Of a DNA stretch of 64,000 bases, positions 1-11,469 are shown piece by piece. The DNA is taken from NCBI GenBank assembly GCA_050043025.1, contig JBHJIX010000086.1, forward strand, positions 12,323-76,322, given 5' to 3'. How positions within the stretch are numbered: position 1 is the stretch's first letter; the number at the start of each line of letters is the position of its first letter. The notes under the pieces were generated by a model. It was not told where the DNA came from and searched no databases. It saw only the letters and a program-made list of their open reading frames with translations. Both the position numbers and the translations under genes were made by a program. This DNA comes from Cohaesibacteraceae bacterium. GTDB taxonomy: Bacteria; Pseudomonadota; Alphaproteobacteria; Rhizobiales; MH13.

Positions 1-1761
1 GCCCAGTAACTCATTGAGCGCATCAATGACCTGGGCGATGCGCAGCTCGGAAATCTCATCGACCGAAGCTGAAAATGCGGTCCAGAAGGCACGCAGAACA
101 TCGCGCCAGTCACGCTCGCCTGCGGAGATCTTATCGAGTTCCTCTTCCAGCGATGCGGTAAAGTCATATTCCACATAGCGCTTGAAGAAGGACTCCAGAA
201 ACGCTGTCACCAGCCGTCCTTTGTCCTTGGCGAAGATGCGGCGCTTTTCGACCTCAATGTAATCGCGGTCCTGCAGCACAGCGAGCGTTGCGGCATAGGT
301 CGAAGGCCGGCCAATGCCGAGCTCTTCCATGCGCTTTACGAGGCTCGCTTCAGAAAAGCGCGGCGGTGGCTCAGTGAATTTTTCTGTCGCCTCGATCTTT
401 TCTTGCGTGATCCGGTCCCGCTCGGTGATGGCCGGCAGACGCTTGTCATCGTCATCCTTGGATGATGCGCCCACATCATAGGCTTTCAGGAAGCCTTCAA
501 AGGTGATGACCGAGCCAGTCGCCCGCAGCTCGGCAGTATGGCCTGCCTGATTGGCCTTGATATCCACCGTTGTGCGTTCCGAAACGCTGGCCGCCATCTG
601 GCTTGCCATCGTTCGCGCCCAGATGAGGCGGTAGAGCTTGTACTGCTCATCATCCAGATAGCTTTTCATGTCTTCCGGCGTGCGGAAGAGGTCAGTCGGG
701 CGGATAGCTTCGTGCGCTTCCTGGGCGTTCTTCGCCTTGGTGGAATACATCCGCGCGTCTTTCGGCAGATATTCCTCGCCATAGCGCTCGCCGATTAGGC
801 GGCGCGTGGACCGAATGGCCTCCGGTGCCATCTGCACGCCGTCTGTCCGCATATAGGTAATGCGACCGGTGGTCTCGCCATTGATTTCCACACCTTCATA
901 AAGGCGCTGGGCAAGACGCATGGTCACGCTTGGCGACAGGCTAAGGCGGGAGGAGGCATCCTGCTGCAAGGTTGAGGTGGTGAACGGCGCATAGGGGTTG
1001 CGGCGCACGGGCTTGGCTTCAACGCCTGTCACCTGATAGTCGGCCTGCTCCAGCATGCCTTTGACCGAACTTGCCAGATCGGCATCTGTCAGGTCGTGGC
1101 GGCCGTACTTTGTGCCGTCATAGCTGACCAACCGCGCTTCAAAGGGCGCATTCGCGCCGTTCTTGAGGTGCGCCAGGATCGTCCAGTAGGCCTGGGGATT
1201 AAAGGCTTCGATTTCCTGTTCACGCTCCGTCACCAAGCGAAGGGCAACAGACTGCACACGGCCCGCCGATCGTGAACCAGGAAGTTTGCGCCACAGAACC
1301 GGCGAGAGCGTGAAGCAGACCAGATAGTCAAGCGCGCGGCGCGCCAAATAGGCATCCACCAGCGGTGCGTCGATGGCGCGGGGGTTGTCCATCGCCTCAA
1401 GAACCGCGGCCTTGGTGATCGCGTTGAAAACGACGCGCTGTACCGGCTTGTCCTTCAGGACCTTCTTGTCCTTGAGGATTTGCAGCACGTGCCAAGAAAT
1501 TGCTTCGCCTTCGCGATCGGGGTCAGTCGCGAGAATCACGCGGTCCGCTTCTTTCACACTGCGGGCGATCTCATTGATGGTCTTGGACTTGCCGCTATCG
1601 ACCTGCCAGCGCATGGCAAAGTCCTGCTCGGGGTCCACAGAACCATCCTTGGAAGGAAGGTCGCGCACATGGCCCATCGAAGCGAGGACTTTGTACTGGC
1701 TACCGAGATATTTGTTGATGGTTTTCGCCTTGGCGGGCGATTCCACAATGACGAGGTCCAT
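1..1761 (-). CDS. topA: DNA topoisomerase I, N-terminal part (3' end runs off the window start)
   Basis: The minus-strand frame is open from position 1 to the ATG at 1759-1761. Translation starts MDLVIVESPAKAKTINKYLG...MGHVRDLP...DPDREGEAISWH, the TOPRIM/type IA signature. It is absent from the ORF track because there is no stop inside the window. Confidence 0.9.
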   Translation of the reverse strand, partial: MDLVIVESPAKAKTINKYLGSQYKVLASMGHVRDLPSKDGSVDPEQDFAMRWQVDSGKSKTINEIARSVKEADRVILATDPDREGEAISWHVLQILKDKKVLKDKPVQRVVFNAITKAAVLEAMDNPRAIDAPLVDAYLARRALDYLVCFTLSPVLWRKLPGSRSAGRVQSVALRLVTEREQEIEAFNPQAYWTILAHLKNGANAPFEARLVSYDGTKYGRHDLTDADLASSVKGMLEQADYQVTGVEAKPVRRNPYAPFTTSTLQQDASSRLSLSPSVTMRLAQRLYEGVEINGETTGRITYMRTDGVQMAPEAIRSTRRLIGERYGEEYLPKDARMYSTKAKNAQEAHEAIRPTDLFRTPEDMKSYLDDEQYKLYRLIWARTMASQMAASVSERTTVDIKANQAGHTAELRATGSVITFEGFLKAYDVGASSKDDDDKRLPAITERDRITQEKIEATEKFTEPPPRFSEASLVKRMEELGIGRPSTYAATLAVLQDRDYIEVEKRRIFAKDKGRLVTAFLESFFKRYVEYDFTASLEEELDKISAGERDWRDVLRAFWTAFSASVDEISELRIAQVIDALNELLG

Positions 1762-2245
1762 GAGCGGCTTTCAGAACGTCAAACCGGTGATCTGCCGGGA
1801 AGAGGGGAAAAGAGGGCACCGCCATACCTGAAGAGCCCTGGCTTGACCATGGGTGCCCATACCGGGTTCCCATCTCGGGCCCGTGCACTGGGTCGATGGC
1901 GACGGCTGGAACATGAGTATCCAACCCTCACTTGTCAAACCGCCTGCTCTTTTAGTCCGGGTCGTGGTAGCTGCTCATTGACGTAGCGTGAGAATTAAGC
2001 CGTCAAAGAAAAACACGTCTAATTCGGCCGACATTGAAACCTCGTCGCGTAAAACCTTGTGCGCATTGCGCACAAAAACGCGCGAAAAACATGGTTTCTC
2101 ATCCTGGCTCGGCGTCAAAAGAAACTATTAAAGATAGAAAATGCTCACAATAACAACTTGAACGGGCATTCATCACTTGTTATGCAGTTTAGGACTGTAG
2201 CGGCACCGCAATCAAACGTTTAGGTTGCAAGTCAGGAGGCTTGGG

Positions 2246-2557
2246 GTGAAGTCAGAAAAGACGTCCGATCAAGGGCCTACGGGCTCTGAGCACCTAACAG
2301 AGCTTACGTTTGAGGCACCTTCCATCCTGCCGTTTCCACTTCATGCCCGCAAGAATGCGCGAGTCGATGAGCTTGAAAGCGCTGACGTGGAAGAACCAAC
2401 GGCAGCTGATGTGGCAAGCTACGTGTCTTCCATGCTCTCAACGCTGGAAAGCGTGGCCCATCGGCATGATCTGCGTGTTCTCAGCCTTATGCTGGCCATG
2501 GCACGCGAACAGGCAGACGACGATGCCAGGTCGGTGACCGACTCGACACATCGTTGA
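2246..2557 (+). CDS. hypothetical small acidic protein (103 aa)
   Basis: AGGAGG at 2234-2239 lies 6 nt before the GTG at 2246, and the frame is open to the TGA at 2555-2557. I recognise no family. Third-position GC is lower than in the neighbours. It is convergent with dprA. Confidence 0.35.
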   Translation: MKSEKTSDQGPTGSEHLTELTFEAPSILPFPLHARKNARVDELESADVEEPTAADVASYVSSMLSTLESVAHRHDLRVLSLMLAMAREQADDDARSVTDSTHR

Positions 2558-2564
2558 GAATACC

Positions 2565-3737
2565 TCAGGCAGTGACGGACGGATTCCAGGCAAACCGGTC
2601 GCCGGCATAACGCACCAGCCGATCGGTTAGTTCCATTTCCACCAGCCAGGCCCGAACCATCGCCGTCGGCAAACCTGTGGCGGCAATCAAATCGTCTGCT
2701 GAAACCGGACTGACACCCATGGCAGACGCAAGTGCCGCCTCGCCATCGTCTGGAACAGGGGGCACGTCCGCGGCTTGGTTTGGGTTTTCTGTCAGCTGAC
2801 CTCTGGGCGAGCCAGTAGGCGCTGCCCAATCCAACTCTGTCTGGTGCAGCGTCACGCTTGGTTCCAACAACGGCTCGATTTCTTCCCTCACATCCTGCGC
2901 AGAACGCACAAGCGTGGCGCCATCGCGCAGCAATTGGTTGGGACCTTCCGAACGTGGGTCGAGCGGGAACCCCGGCACCGCCATCACAGCGCGGCCAAAA
3001 TCCGCAGCTTGCCCGGCGGTGATGAGTGAGCCCGACCGACGGGCAGCCTCCACCACGACCAAGCCAAGCGACGAGCCGGCGACGAGGCGATTGCGGCGGG
3101 GAAAGTCCTGCGCGCGGGCGGTCCAGCCGAGCGGCATCTCCGAATAGACAGCGCCGCCTGCATCGACGATCTGTTTCAGCAAATCGGCGTGCTCGACAGG
3201 GTAGGGGCGGTCAATGCCACCGGCGAGGAATGCCGCCGTGCCGGTTGAGAGCGCACCTTGATGAGCGGCCGCATCAATACCGCGCGCCAGACCGGAATGA
3301 ACGGCATAGCCTGCTTCACCGAGCGTCTGCGCCATGTCGGTTGCCAAGCGGCGGCCGGCAGCAGACGCATTGCGTGAGCCCACAATGGCAACGGCAGGGT
3401 CGGGCAGGCGCGCGGTCCCGCCTTCCAAAACGCAGAGCAGCGGTGGCGGTCGATCAACCTTGGCGAGATAGACCGGGTATCCCGGCTCGCCGGCCGCGAC
3501 AAATCGGGCGCCCAGCTGGTCGGCCAGGTCCAACTCCTCGTGAATCGCCTCTGGATCAGCAGGCTTGATCGCTCGCCCGCGCCGCGCAGTCATGTCGGCA
3601 AGGCGATCTAACGCCGTCTCGGCGCTGCCATAGAGGTTGATAAGGTCGCGAAAGGTGGATGGTCCAATCCGCGGTGTGCGGATGAGGCGCAGCCAGGCAA
3701 AACGCTGCGCATCGTTGAGGGCCGGGCGGCTAGCCAT
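2565..3737 (-). CDS. dprA: DNA-processing protein DprA/Smf
   Basis: The translation has the DprA Rossmann-like core ([17 protein letters not shown]...[15 protein letters not shown]). The ORF is open to 3812, but the internal Met at 3737 avoids overlap with plsY and matches the usual N-terminus (..[18 protein letters not shown]). Confidence 0.85.
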   Translation of the reverse strand: MASRPALNDAQRFAWLRLIRTPRIGPSTFRDLINLYGSAETALDRLADMTARRGRAIKPADPEAIHEELDLADQLGARFVAAGEPGYPVYLAKVDRPPPLLCVLEGGTARLPDPAVAIVGSRNASAAGRRLATDMAQTLGEAGYAVHSGLARGIDAAAHQGALSTGTAAFLAGGIDRPYPVEHADLLKQIVDAGGAVYSEMPLGWTARAQDFPRRNRLVAGSSLGLVVVEAARRSGSLITAGQAADFGRAVMAVPGFPLDPRSEGPNQLLRDGATLVRSAQDVREEIEPLLEPSVTLHQTELDWAAPTGSPRGQLTENPNQAADVPPVPDDGEAALASAMGVSPVSADDLIAATGLPTAMVRAWLVEMELTDRLVRYAGDRFAWNPSVTA

Positions 3738-4347
3738 CGCCTCCGGCTGGCGGTTCAGCGGACCCATCGTCGCCCTGGCTTTTGCTCTTTTGTCCGATCT
3801 TGCTTTCCTCACCCGTAATCAGCCGTTTGATGTTGGCGCGGTGCTTCCACCAGATCAGGAGCGCCATCAACGCCGTGACCTCGCCGACGGCGGCCGCACC
3901 CCAAAAACTGCCCTCCGGCAGCAAGAACGCTGCGAGCGGCACCACCACGGTTGCGGTCAGCGCTGCAAGCGAGGAGTAGCGCAGCGCAAAGGCCATGCCG
4001 AGCCAGACGAGGGCAAACAACAATGCATGGGGCCATGAGAGGCCGGCGACCACGCCAAGAAAGGTCGCAACACCCTTGCCGCCTTTGAATTTCAGCCAAA
4101 CTGGATAGCAGTGGCCCACCAGAGCGCCGCGGCCCGCCAAGGCCGCCAACGCGGGCCCATAGAATGTGGCGGCAAGAAAAACGGCCGCAAATCCTTTGCC
4201 AGCATCAAACAGCAAGGTGGCAGCGGCGATGTCCTTGCGGCCGGTGCGCAGAACATTCGTGGCGCCGATGTAGCCCGACCCGATGTTGCGCACATCTCCC
4301 ATGCCAGCCATCCGGGTGAGGATCAAACCGAACGGAATTGATCCCAA
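3730..4347 (-). CDS. plsY: glycerol-3-phosphate acyltransferase PlsY
   Basis: [11 protein letters not shown]...[16 protein letters not shown]...D..KG motifs are present. The track start at 4345-4347 is a TTG inside the conserved LLGSIPFG. The frame stays open and PlsY-like ([22 protein letters not shown]) up to 4416 but has no canonical start codon there. Confidence 0.85.
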   Translation of the reverse strand: MGSIPFGLILTRMAGMGDVRNIGSGYIGATNVLRTGRKDIAAATLLFDAGKGFAAVFLAATFYGPALAALAGRGALVGHCYPVWLKFKGGKGVATFLGVVAGLSWPHALLFALVWLGMAFALRYSSLAALTATVVVPLAAFLLPEGSFWGAAAVGEVTALMALLIWWKHRANIKRLITGEESKIGQKSKSQGDDGSAEPPAGGDG

Positions 4348-4499
4348 CAGATAGCCAAACAGAAAGGCGAGGGCGAAGAACGGCGCGGAGGCGGCAAGAT
4401 TGATGGGGTCAGGCTTGCAGCGGCATCAAACAAAAGACGAGAAAGATGAAGTGACCGGATCGTACGGCGCGCGATCACGGATGGAAAGCCAGGCAAACT

Positions 4500-5819
4500 C
4501 TAGGCCAACACCAGTGCCCCATCATCATGTCGCTCGGCAATCAGCTTGCCATCGACAAACGTTGCCTGAAGACGGCCGGAAAAGCGCGCATCTTCAAACG
4601 GCGTGTTCTTTGAGCGCGATAGCAGCGCATGCCGGTCAAGAACCCAGGGCTCGTCGGGATCGAACAGAATAACATCGGCCGGCACGCCCGGTTTCAACGT
4701 TCCGGCCTTGAGTCCCAAAATGCTGGCCGGCACCGTGGATAGTTTGGCGATCAGATCCATCAGGCTGATATGACCGTTGTGGACCAGACGCAGCGCCGCC
4801 GGCAGCAGTGTTTCCAGCCCGACGGCACCGTCATGGGCCTCCGCAAAGGGGTGGCGCTTGCGTTCAACGTTCTGCGGATCGTGGTCGGAAACGATGACAT
4901 CGATCGTGCCGTCGCGAACCCCTTCAATTAGTGCCTCGCGATCATCCTCGGTGCGTAATGGCGGCGACATCTTCAGGAAGCTCCGCCACATCCCAATGTC
5001 GATCTCATTGAGCGACAGATGGTTGACCGAAACACCAACGGTCATATCAACGCCTGCCGCTTTAGCCCGGCGAACCGTCTCAACGCTTTGTGCGCACGAA
5101 ATCTGCGCGGCGTGATAGCGCCCGCCCGTCAGTCCTGCCAGACGAATGTCACGGTCGAGCATGATGAGTTCGGCCTCAACCGGAATGCCTGGCAAGCCGT
5201 AGCGCGTCGCTGTTTCGCCCTCATGCATCACGCCGCCGCCGCGAAGGTCCGGATCTTCAGGGTGATGGATTACGAGCGCACCGAAATCACGCGCATAGGT
5301 GAGGGCGTGCCGAAAGATCGAGGCCTTGGCCACCGGAAGGCGCCCGTTTGAGAACGCCACGGCACCGGCTTCTTTGAGAAGGCCAATCTCGGCCATCTCC
5401 TCGCCGTGCAGGCCCTTGGTCAGCGCGGCGATGGGATGAATGTGCACCACGGCGGTGTCGCGCGCACGGCGCATTAGAAAGTCAACGAGAGCCGCGTCAT
5501 CGATCACGGGGTCGGTGTCGGGGAAGACGCCAAGGCTCGTGACACCGCCGGCGGCCGCCGCCTGACTTGCGGTGGCCAGCGTCTCCAAATGTTCTGCGCC
5601 CGGTTCACCGACCCGCACTTGCATGTCGACAAGGCCCGGGCAGGCGACCGCACCCTTGCCGTCGATGGAAAGGCAGCCGTCGGGCTCTGCTGAGGAGACT
5701 GCATCGGGACCGGCGGCGATGATCCGGCCATCCATCATCAGGATCGCGCCTTCGGCATCAAGCTTCCGCGATGGGGCGATCACCCGCACATTGCTGATCT
5801 TGATGGGTTGGATGGCCAT
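4500..5819 (-). CDS. dihydroorotase-like protein adjacent to pyrB (amidohydrolase fold; first metal-binding HxH is QVR, so possibly non-catalytic PyrC'/PyrX type)
   Basis: 439-aa ORF with class I dihydroorotase/allantoinase-like sequence (..REPG-like VGEPG, VIVSDHDP, GAVGLET). D-M-Q-V-R at 5613-5627 sits where active enzymes have D-x-H-x-H. Its start lies 12 nt downstream of the end of the extended pyrB frame. Confidence 0.8.
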   Translation of the reverse strand: MAIQPIKISNVRVIAPSRKLDAEGAILMMDGRIIAAGPDAVSSAEPDGCLSIDGKGAVACPGLVDMQVRVGEPGAEHLETLATASQAAAAGGVTSLGVFPDTDPVIDDAALVDFLMRRARDTAVVHIHPIAALTKGLHGEEMAEIGLLKEAGAVAFSNGRLPVAKASIFRHALTYARDFGALVIHHPEDPDLRGGGVMHEGETATRYGLPGIPVEAELIMLDRDIRLAGLTGGRYHAAQISCAQSVETVRRAKAAGVDMTVGVSVNHLSLNEIDIGMWRSFLKMSPPLRTEDDREALIEGVRDGTIDVIVSDHDPQNVERKRHPFAEAHDGAVGLETLLPAALRLVHNGHISLMDLIAKLSTVPASILGLKAGTLKPGVPADVILFDPDEPWVLDRHALLSRSKNTPFEDARFSGRLQATFVDGKLIAERHDDGALVLA

Positions 5820-5831
5820 GGCGGGCAGTCT

Positions 5832-6836
5832 CTAACTGGCAGGACGGGTCGCATCGGCATTGCTGCCGGGCAGATGGTGGGCAAGCGCGTCCAGAACCGC
5901 CATGCGTACGGCAACACCCATCTCCACCTGTTCGTTGATCACGTTTTTTGTTATTGAGTCGTCGTCATGAGAGATCTACACGCCACGGTTCATCGGGCCA
6001 GGATGCATCACCAGCGCGTCGGGCTTAGCGTATGTCAGCTTTTCGGCATCAAGGCCGTAATAGCGGAAATATTCGCGCGTCGACGGAATGAACGAGGCGT
6101 GCATGCGCTCGCGTTGCAGACGCAGCATCATCACCACGTCGGCGCCATCAAGCGCCTTGCGCATGTCGGTGAAGACCTCGCAGCCAAGCCGATCGATAGC
6201 GGCCGGGATAAGGGTCGAAGGACCGCACAAGCGCACCTGGGCACCCATCGCGTTGAGAAGCAGAAGGTTGGACCTTGCGACGCGCGAGTGGAGAATGTCG
6301 CCGCATATGGCCACGACCAGTCCACGAAGCCGGCCCTTATGGCGGCGGATCGTCAGCGCATCGAGCAAGGCCTGCGTGGGGTGCTCATGCGCGCCGTCGC
6401 CAGCATTGACGACCGAACAGCTGACCTTGCGGGCCAGCAGATGCACGGCGCCGGCCGCGTGATGGCGCACGACAATGATGTCCGGACGCATGGCGTTCAG
6501 CGTCGCTGCCGTGTCGACCAGCGTTTCGCCCTTCTTCACCGACGAGGAGGCGACTGCCATGTTCATCACGTCGGCGCCCAGCCGTTTGCCGGCAAGCTCA
6601 AAGGAAGACTGTGTGCGGGTGGACGCTTCAAAGAACAGGTTGATCTGGGTTCTGCCGCGCAGCGTGCTTCGCTTTTTTTCAACCTGGCGGCTGATCTCGA
6701 TGGCCTTTTCAGAAAGGTCCAGAAGTGCCTCGATATCCCAGGGCTGAAGCCCGTCGATGCCCAGCAAATGACGATGCCCAAAGCGCGGTGCACTTGGGTC
6801 TTCGGTGTCGTCGACGGCGGAAAGGCTCATGAACAC
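5832..6836 (-). pseudogene. pyrB: aspartate carbamoyltransferase catalytic chain, interrupted by an in-frame TAG at 5976-5978
   Basis: [34 protein letters not shown] and [10 protein letters not shown] motifs are present. The ORF-track ORF stops at 5976, but the same frame continues for 47 codons (ISHDDDSITKNVINEQVEMGVAVRMAVLDAL...) to the TAG at 5832-5834. Confidence 0.85.
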
Positions 6837-6953
6837 GCGTCATAGCTGCGCCGTGCCTTTCGGGCAAGGTGAACGCTGGTCTTTAAACAGCAAACTTGTG
6901 GCCAACAAACTTCCGGACTCTACCACCTAGCCGGCCTACGACTTTCGGGTTAG

Positions 6954-8276
<1,323 letters not shown>

Positions 8277-8312
8277 AAACGCATCAGGTCAATCACTTAG
8301 CGGCCTGGAAAA

Positions 8313-8346
8313 GCCCGCCTTCGCCTATCGGTGTCGGCGGGTTTTT
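8313..8346 (+). terminator. putative intrinsic terminator after eno
   Basis: gcccgcc (8313-8319) pairs with ggcggg (8336-8341) and is followed by ttttt (8342-8346). The loop is long, so the call is tentative. Confidence 0.45.
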
Positions 8347-8401
8347 CATTTCAAGCGCCAAAAAAACAGCGCGATCAGCTTTCCTTAACCATCCCCCTTA
8401 A

Positions 8402-8767
8402 ATGGCCACTAACGCTGGTATGATGAACTATCGCCATCTCCAACGTTCGAGCCCCTCTATGCTCACCCGACACAAGCCGCGCTCCCGCAGATCGCTCTAC
8501 GTCTTCCGCGCGGTCATTCTCCTGTTCGGCGTCTATCTTGCATACCACGCCTTCCATGGCGACCAGGGTCTGTTGGCCCATGCCGAGGTCCAGGAGCGGG
8601 TGACCACCCTGGAAACAGAACTTGTCGAGCTTACCGAGCGGCGCGAGCATCTCATGGACCGCGTTGAGGCTATGGGCGGCGATGATCTTGACGGCGACCT
8701 TATTGATCAGCACGCTCGTCAAATGCTTGGTTTGATCGGCACCGGCGAGCGAATTTTGCGCCCGTAA
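8402..8767 (+). CDS. ftsB: septum formation initiator / cell division protein FtsB family
   Basis: One N-terminal TM segment (VFRAVILLFGVYLAYHAF) is followed by a coiled coil (ERVTTLETELVELTERREHLMDRVE). The eno-ftsB-pdhA order is conserved in Rhizobiales. Confidence 0.75.
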   Translation: MATNAGMMNYRHLQRSSPSMLTRHKPRSRRSLYVFRAVILLFGVYLAYHAFHGDQGLLAHAEVQERVTTLETELVELTERREHLMDRVEAMGGDDLDGDLIDQHARQMLGLIGTGERILRP

Positions 8768-8844
8768 ACTACCAGCTTTCAACGCATGATTTCGCTGCAG
8801 TGCAACAATTTAACTCAAAAGCAGTTAACTACATAAAAAACACT

Positions 8845-8889
8845 GATATTATTGGATAATATCCTACTTTGGTCAAAACTGTTTTGACC
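8845..8889. promoter_or_regulatory. two adjacent 19-bp perfect palindromes in the AT-rich pdh upstream region (candidate operator sites)
   Basis: gatattat-tgg-ataatatc lies at 8845-8863 and ggtcaaaac-t-gttttgacc at 8871-8889, about 120-160 nt upstream of the pdhA start. Confidence 0.35.
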
Positions 8890-9005
8890 TTCCTTTCACG
8901 TCGGAAACGGTCTACATGTTCCTAAAGACTGGCGTCGGTCGGGGGACTGTTTCGGCGGCGGTCGCATAAGATTATCGCGCTTGAGGAAACCCGGAGGACC
9001 GTCAA

Positions 9006-10060
9006 TGGCCCGAGCAGCCAGTCCTGCATCGAAATCGCCTTCCAAAACATCGAGAAAAACAACATCCCGGCGGGCGTCGAAAGCCGCCCCGGCGGTTGCG
9101 GACTTTTCGCAGGACCAGGAATTGCTCGCCTATCGCGAGATGCTTCTGATCCGCCGGTTTGAAGAAAAAGCCGGCCAACTCTACGGCATGGGCCTCATCG
9201 GCGGCTTCTGCCACCTCTATATCGGTCAGGAAGCTGTCGTGGTCGGCATGCAGATGGCCATGGAGGAGGGTGACCAGGGCATCACCGGTTACCGCGATCA
9301 CGGCCATATGCTGGCCACTGGCATGGAAAGCCGCGGCGTGATGGCCGAGCTTACCGGTCGCAGCGGCGGGTACTCCCGCGGCAAGGGCGGCTCCATGCAT
9401 ATGTTCTCCCGTGAGAAACACTTCTATGGCGGCCACGGCATCGTCGGCGCGCAGGTTTCGCTTGGCACTGGTCTTGGATTTTCCAACCGCTACCGCGAAA
9501 ACGGCAATGTTTCTGTGACCTACTTCGGCGACGGATCAGCCAACCAGGGCCAGGTCTATGAGAGCTTCAACATGGCCAAGCTCTGGAGCCTTCCGGTCGT
9601 CTACATCATCGAAAACAACAAATACGCGATGGGTACCTCGATCGAACGGTCTTCATCGACCACCGATCTGTCCCAGCGCGGCATTTCCTTCGGCATCCCA
9701 GGCGAGCAGGTGGACGGCATGGACGTCCGCGCCGTTTACGCCGCTGGCGAGAAGGCGCTGGAGCATGCACGCTCCGGCAAAGGCCCCTACATTCTGGAGA
9801 TGCTGACCTACCGCTATCGCGGGCATTCCATGTCCGACCCGGCGAAATATCGCTCCAAGGACGAGGTTCAGAAGATGCGCGCTGAGCACGACCCGATCGA
9901 GCAGGTCAAACAGCGCTTGATGGACAAAGGCTGGGCCAGCGAAGATGATCTGAAGGGCGTCGACAAGGATGTCCGGGCCATCGTCACGGATGCGGCCGAG
10001 TTCGCGCAAAGCGATCCTGAGCCCGATCCGTCAGAACTTTTCACCGACATCACGCTTTAA
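9006..10060 (+). CDS. pdhA: pyruvate dehydrogenase E1 component subunit alpha
   Basis: GGAGGA lies 6 nt before the ATG at 9006. GFCHLYIGQEAVVVG, YRDHGHMLA, GKGGSMHMF and GDG.ANQGQVYESFNMA motifs are present. Confidence 0.93.
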
Positions 10061-10072
10061 GGAGGGGGTACC

Positions 10073-11458
10073 ATGCCAATCGATATTCTCATGCCGGCCC
10101 TCTCCCCGACGATGGAAGAGGGCAATCTTGCCAAATGGATGGTCAAGGAAGGCGACAGCGTTTCCTCTGGCGACGTTTTGGCTGAAATTGAAACCGACAA
10201 GGCGACCATGGAAGTGGAAGCCGTGGATGAAGGCACGGTCGGCAAGATCGTGATCGCCGAAGGCACCGAAAATGTGAAGGTCAACGAGGTGATCGCCGTG
10301 CTGCTTGAGGACGGTGAGGACGCTGGCGCCATCGGCTCAGCGCCTGCGGCCGCGCCGGCTCCAGCAGCCGAGGCACCGGCCGCGCCAGCAGAGGCACCTG
10401 CACCTGCTGCTGTGCCCGCAGCACCAGTTGCTGTCGTTGCCGCAGCTGATCCTGACATCCCCGCTGGCACCGAAATGGTACAGACCACGGTGCGCGAAGC
10501 ACTGCGTGATGCGATGGCCGAAGAAATGCGCCGCGACGCAGATGTCTTCGTCATGGGCGAGGAAGTTGCCGAGTATCAAGGTGCCTACAAGGTTACCCAG
10601 AACCTGCTCCAGGAGTTTGGCGCCAAGCGTGTCATCGACACGCCGATCACCGAGCATGGGTTTGCCGGCGTGGGTGTGGGTGCAGCACTGACCGGGCTCC
10701 GACCCATCGTTGAGTTCATGACGTTCCACTTCGCCATGCAGGCGATTGACCAGATCATCAACTCAGCGGCCAAGACGCTTTACATGTCCGGTGGCCAGCT
10801 TGGCGCGCCCATCGTGTTCCGTGGGCCGAATGGCGCAGCAGCACGCGTGGCTGCCCAGCACAGCCAGGACTATGCCGCCTGGTACAGCCATATTCCTGGT
10901 CTCAAGGTCATCCAGCCATACACGGCGTCTGACGCTAAGGGCCTCTTGAAGGCAGCCATTCGCGACCCCACCCCGGTGGTCTTCCTGGAGAATGAGATTC
11001 TCTACGGTCAGACCTTTGATGTTCCAAAGCTCGACGATCACGTGCTTCCGATCGGCAAGGCGCGGATAGATCGAGAAGGCACCGACGTCACGATGGTGTC
11101 CTTCGGTATCGGCATGACCTACGCCACAAAGGCAGCTGATGAACTGGCTGGCATGGGCAGCTCGGTTGAACTGATCGATCTGCGCACCCTGCGTCCGATG
11201 GATCTCGACACCGTGCTGACGTCCGTTCGCAAGACCAACCGTTGCGTCACCGTGGAAGAGGGCTTCCCGGTCTGCTCCATCGGCTCAGAGATTTCGTCCC
11301 AGATCATGGAACGGGCCTTCGATGATCTCGACGCGCCCGTTATCCGCATCGCCGGCAAGGACGTCCCGATGCCTTATGCCGCCAACCTGGAAAAGCTTGC
11401 CCTGCCAAGCGTTTCCGAGGTGATCGACGCGGTCAAAGCCGTGACCTACCGGACTTAA
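10073..11458 (+). CDS. pdhB: pyruvate dehydrogenase E1 component subunit beta with an N-terminal lipoyl domain
   Basis: A lipoyl domain ([15 protein letters not shown]) and an Ala/Pro linker precede the transketolase-like E1-beta core ([13 protein letters not shown]..., AAQHSQDY...). Confidence 0.93.
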   Translation: MPIDILMPALSPTMEEGNLAKWMVKEGDSVSSGDVLAEIETDKATMEVEAVDEGTVGKIVIAEGTENVKVNEVIAVLLEDGEDAGAIGSAPAAAPAPAAEAPAAPAEAPAPAAVPAAPVAVVAAADPDIPAGTEMVQTTVREALRDAMAEEMRRDADVFVMGEEVAEYQGAYKVTQNLLQEFGAKRVIDTPITEHGFAGVGVGAALTGLRPIVEFMTFHFAMQAIDQIINSAAKTLYMSGGQLGAPIVFRGPNGAAARVAAQHSQDYAAWYSHIPGLKVIQPYTASDAKGLLKAAIRDPTPVVFLENEILYGQTFDVPKLDDHVLPIGKARIDREGTDVTMVSFGIGMTYATKAADELAGMGSSVELIDLRTLRPMDLDTVLTSVRKTNRCVTVEEGFPVCSIGSEISSQIMERAFDDLDAPVIRIAGKDVPMPYAANLEKLALPSVSEVIDAVKAVTYRT

Positions 11459-11469
11459 GGAGACCAAGG

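Noticed and set aside
10330-10450. Ala/Pro-rich repetitive DNA in pdhB (and 11735-11870 in pdhC; P/A/Q-rich 39900-40150 in rlpA) as tandem repeats or a CRISPR-like array.
   Set aside because: These are in-frame flexible inter-domain linkers typical of 2-oxoacid dehydrogenase and SPOR/RlpA proteins. There is no repeat-spacer periodicity.
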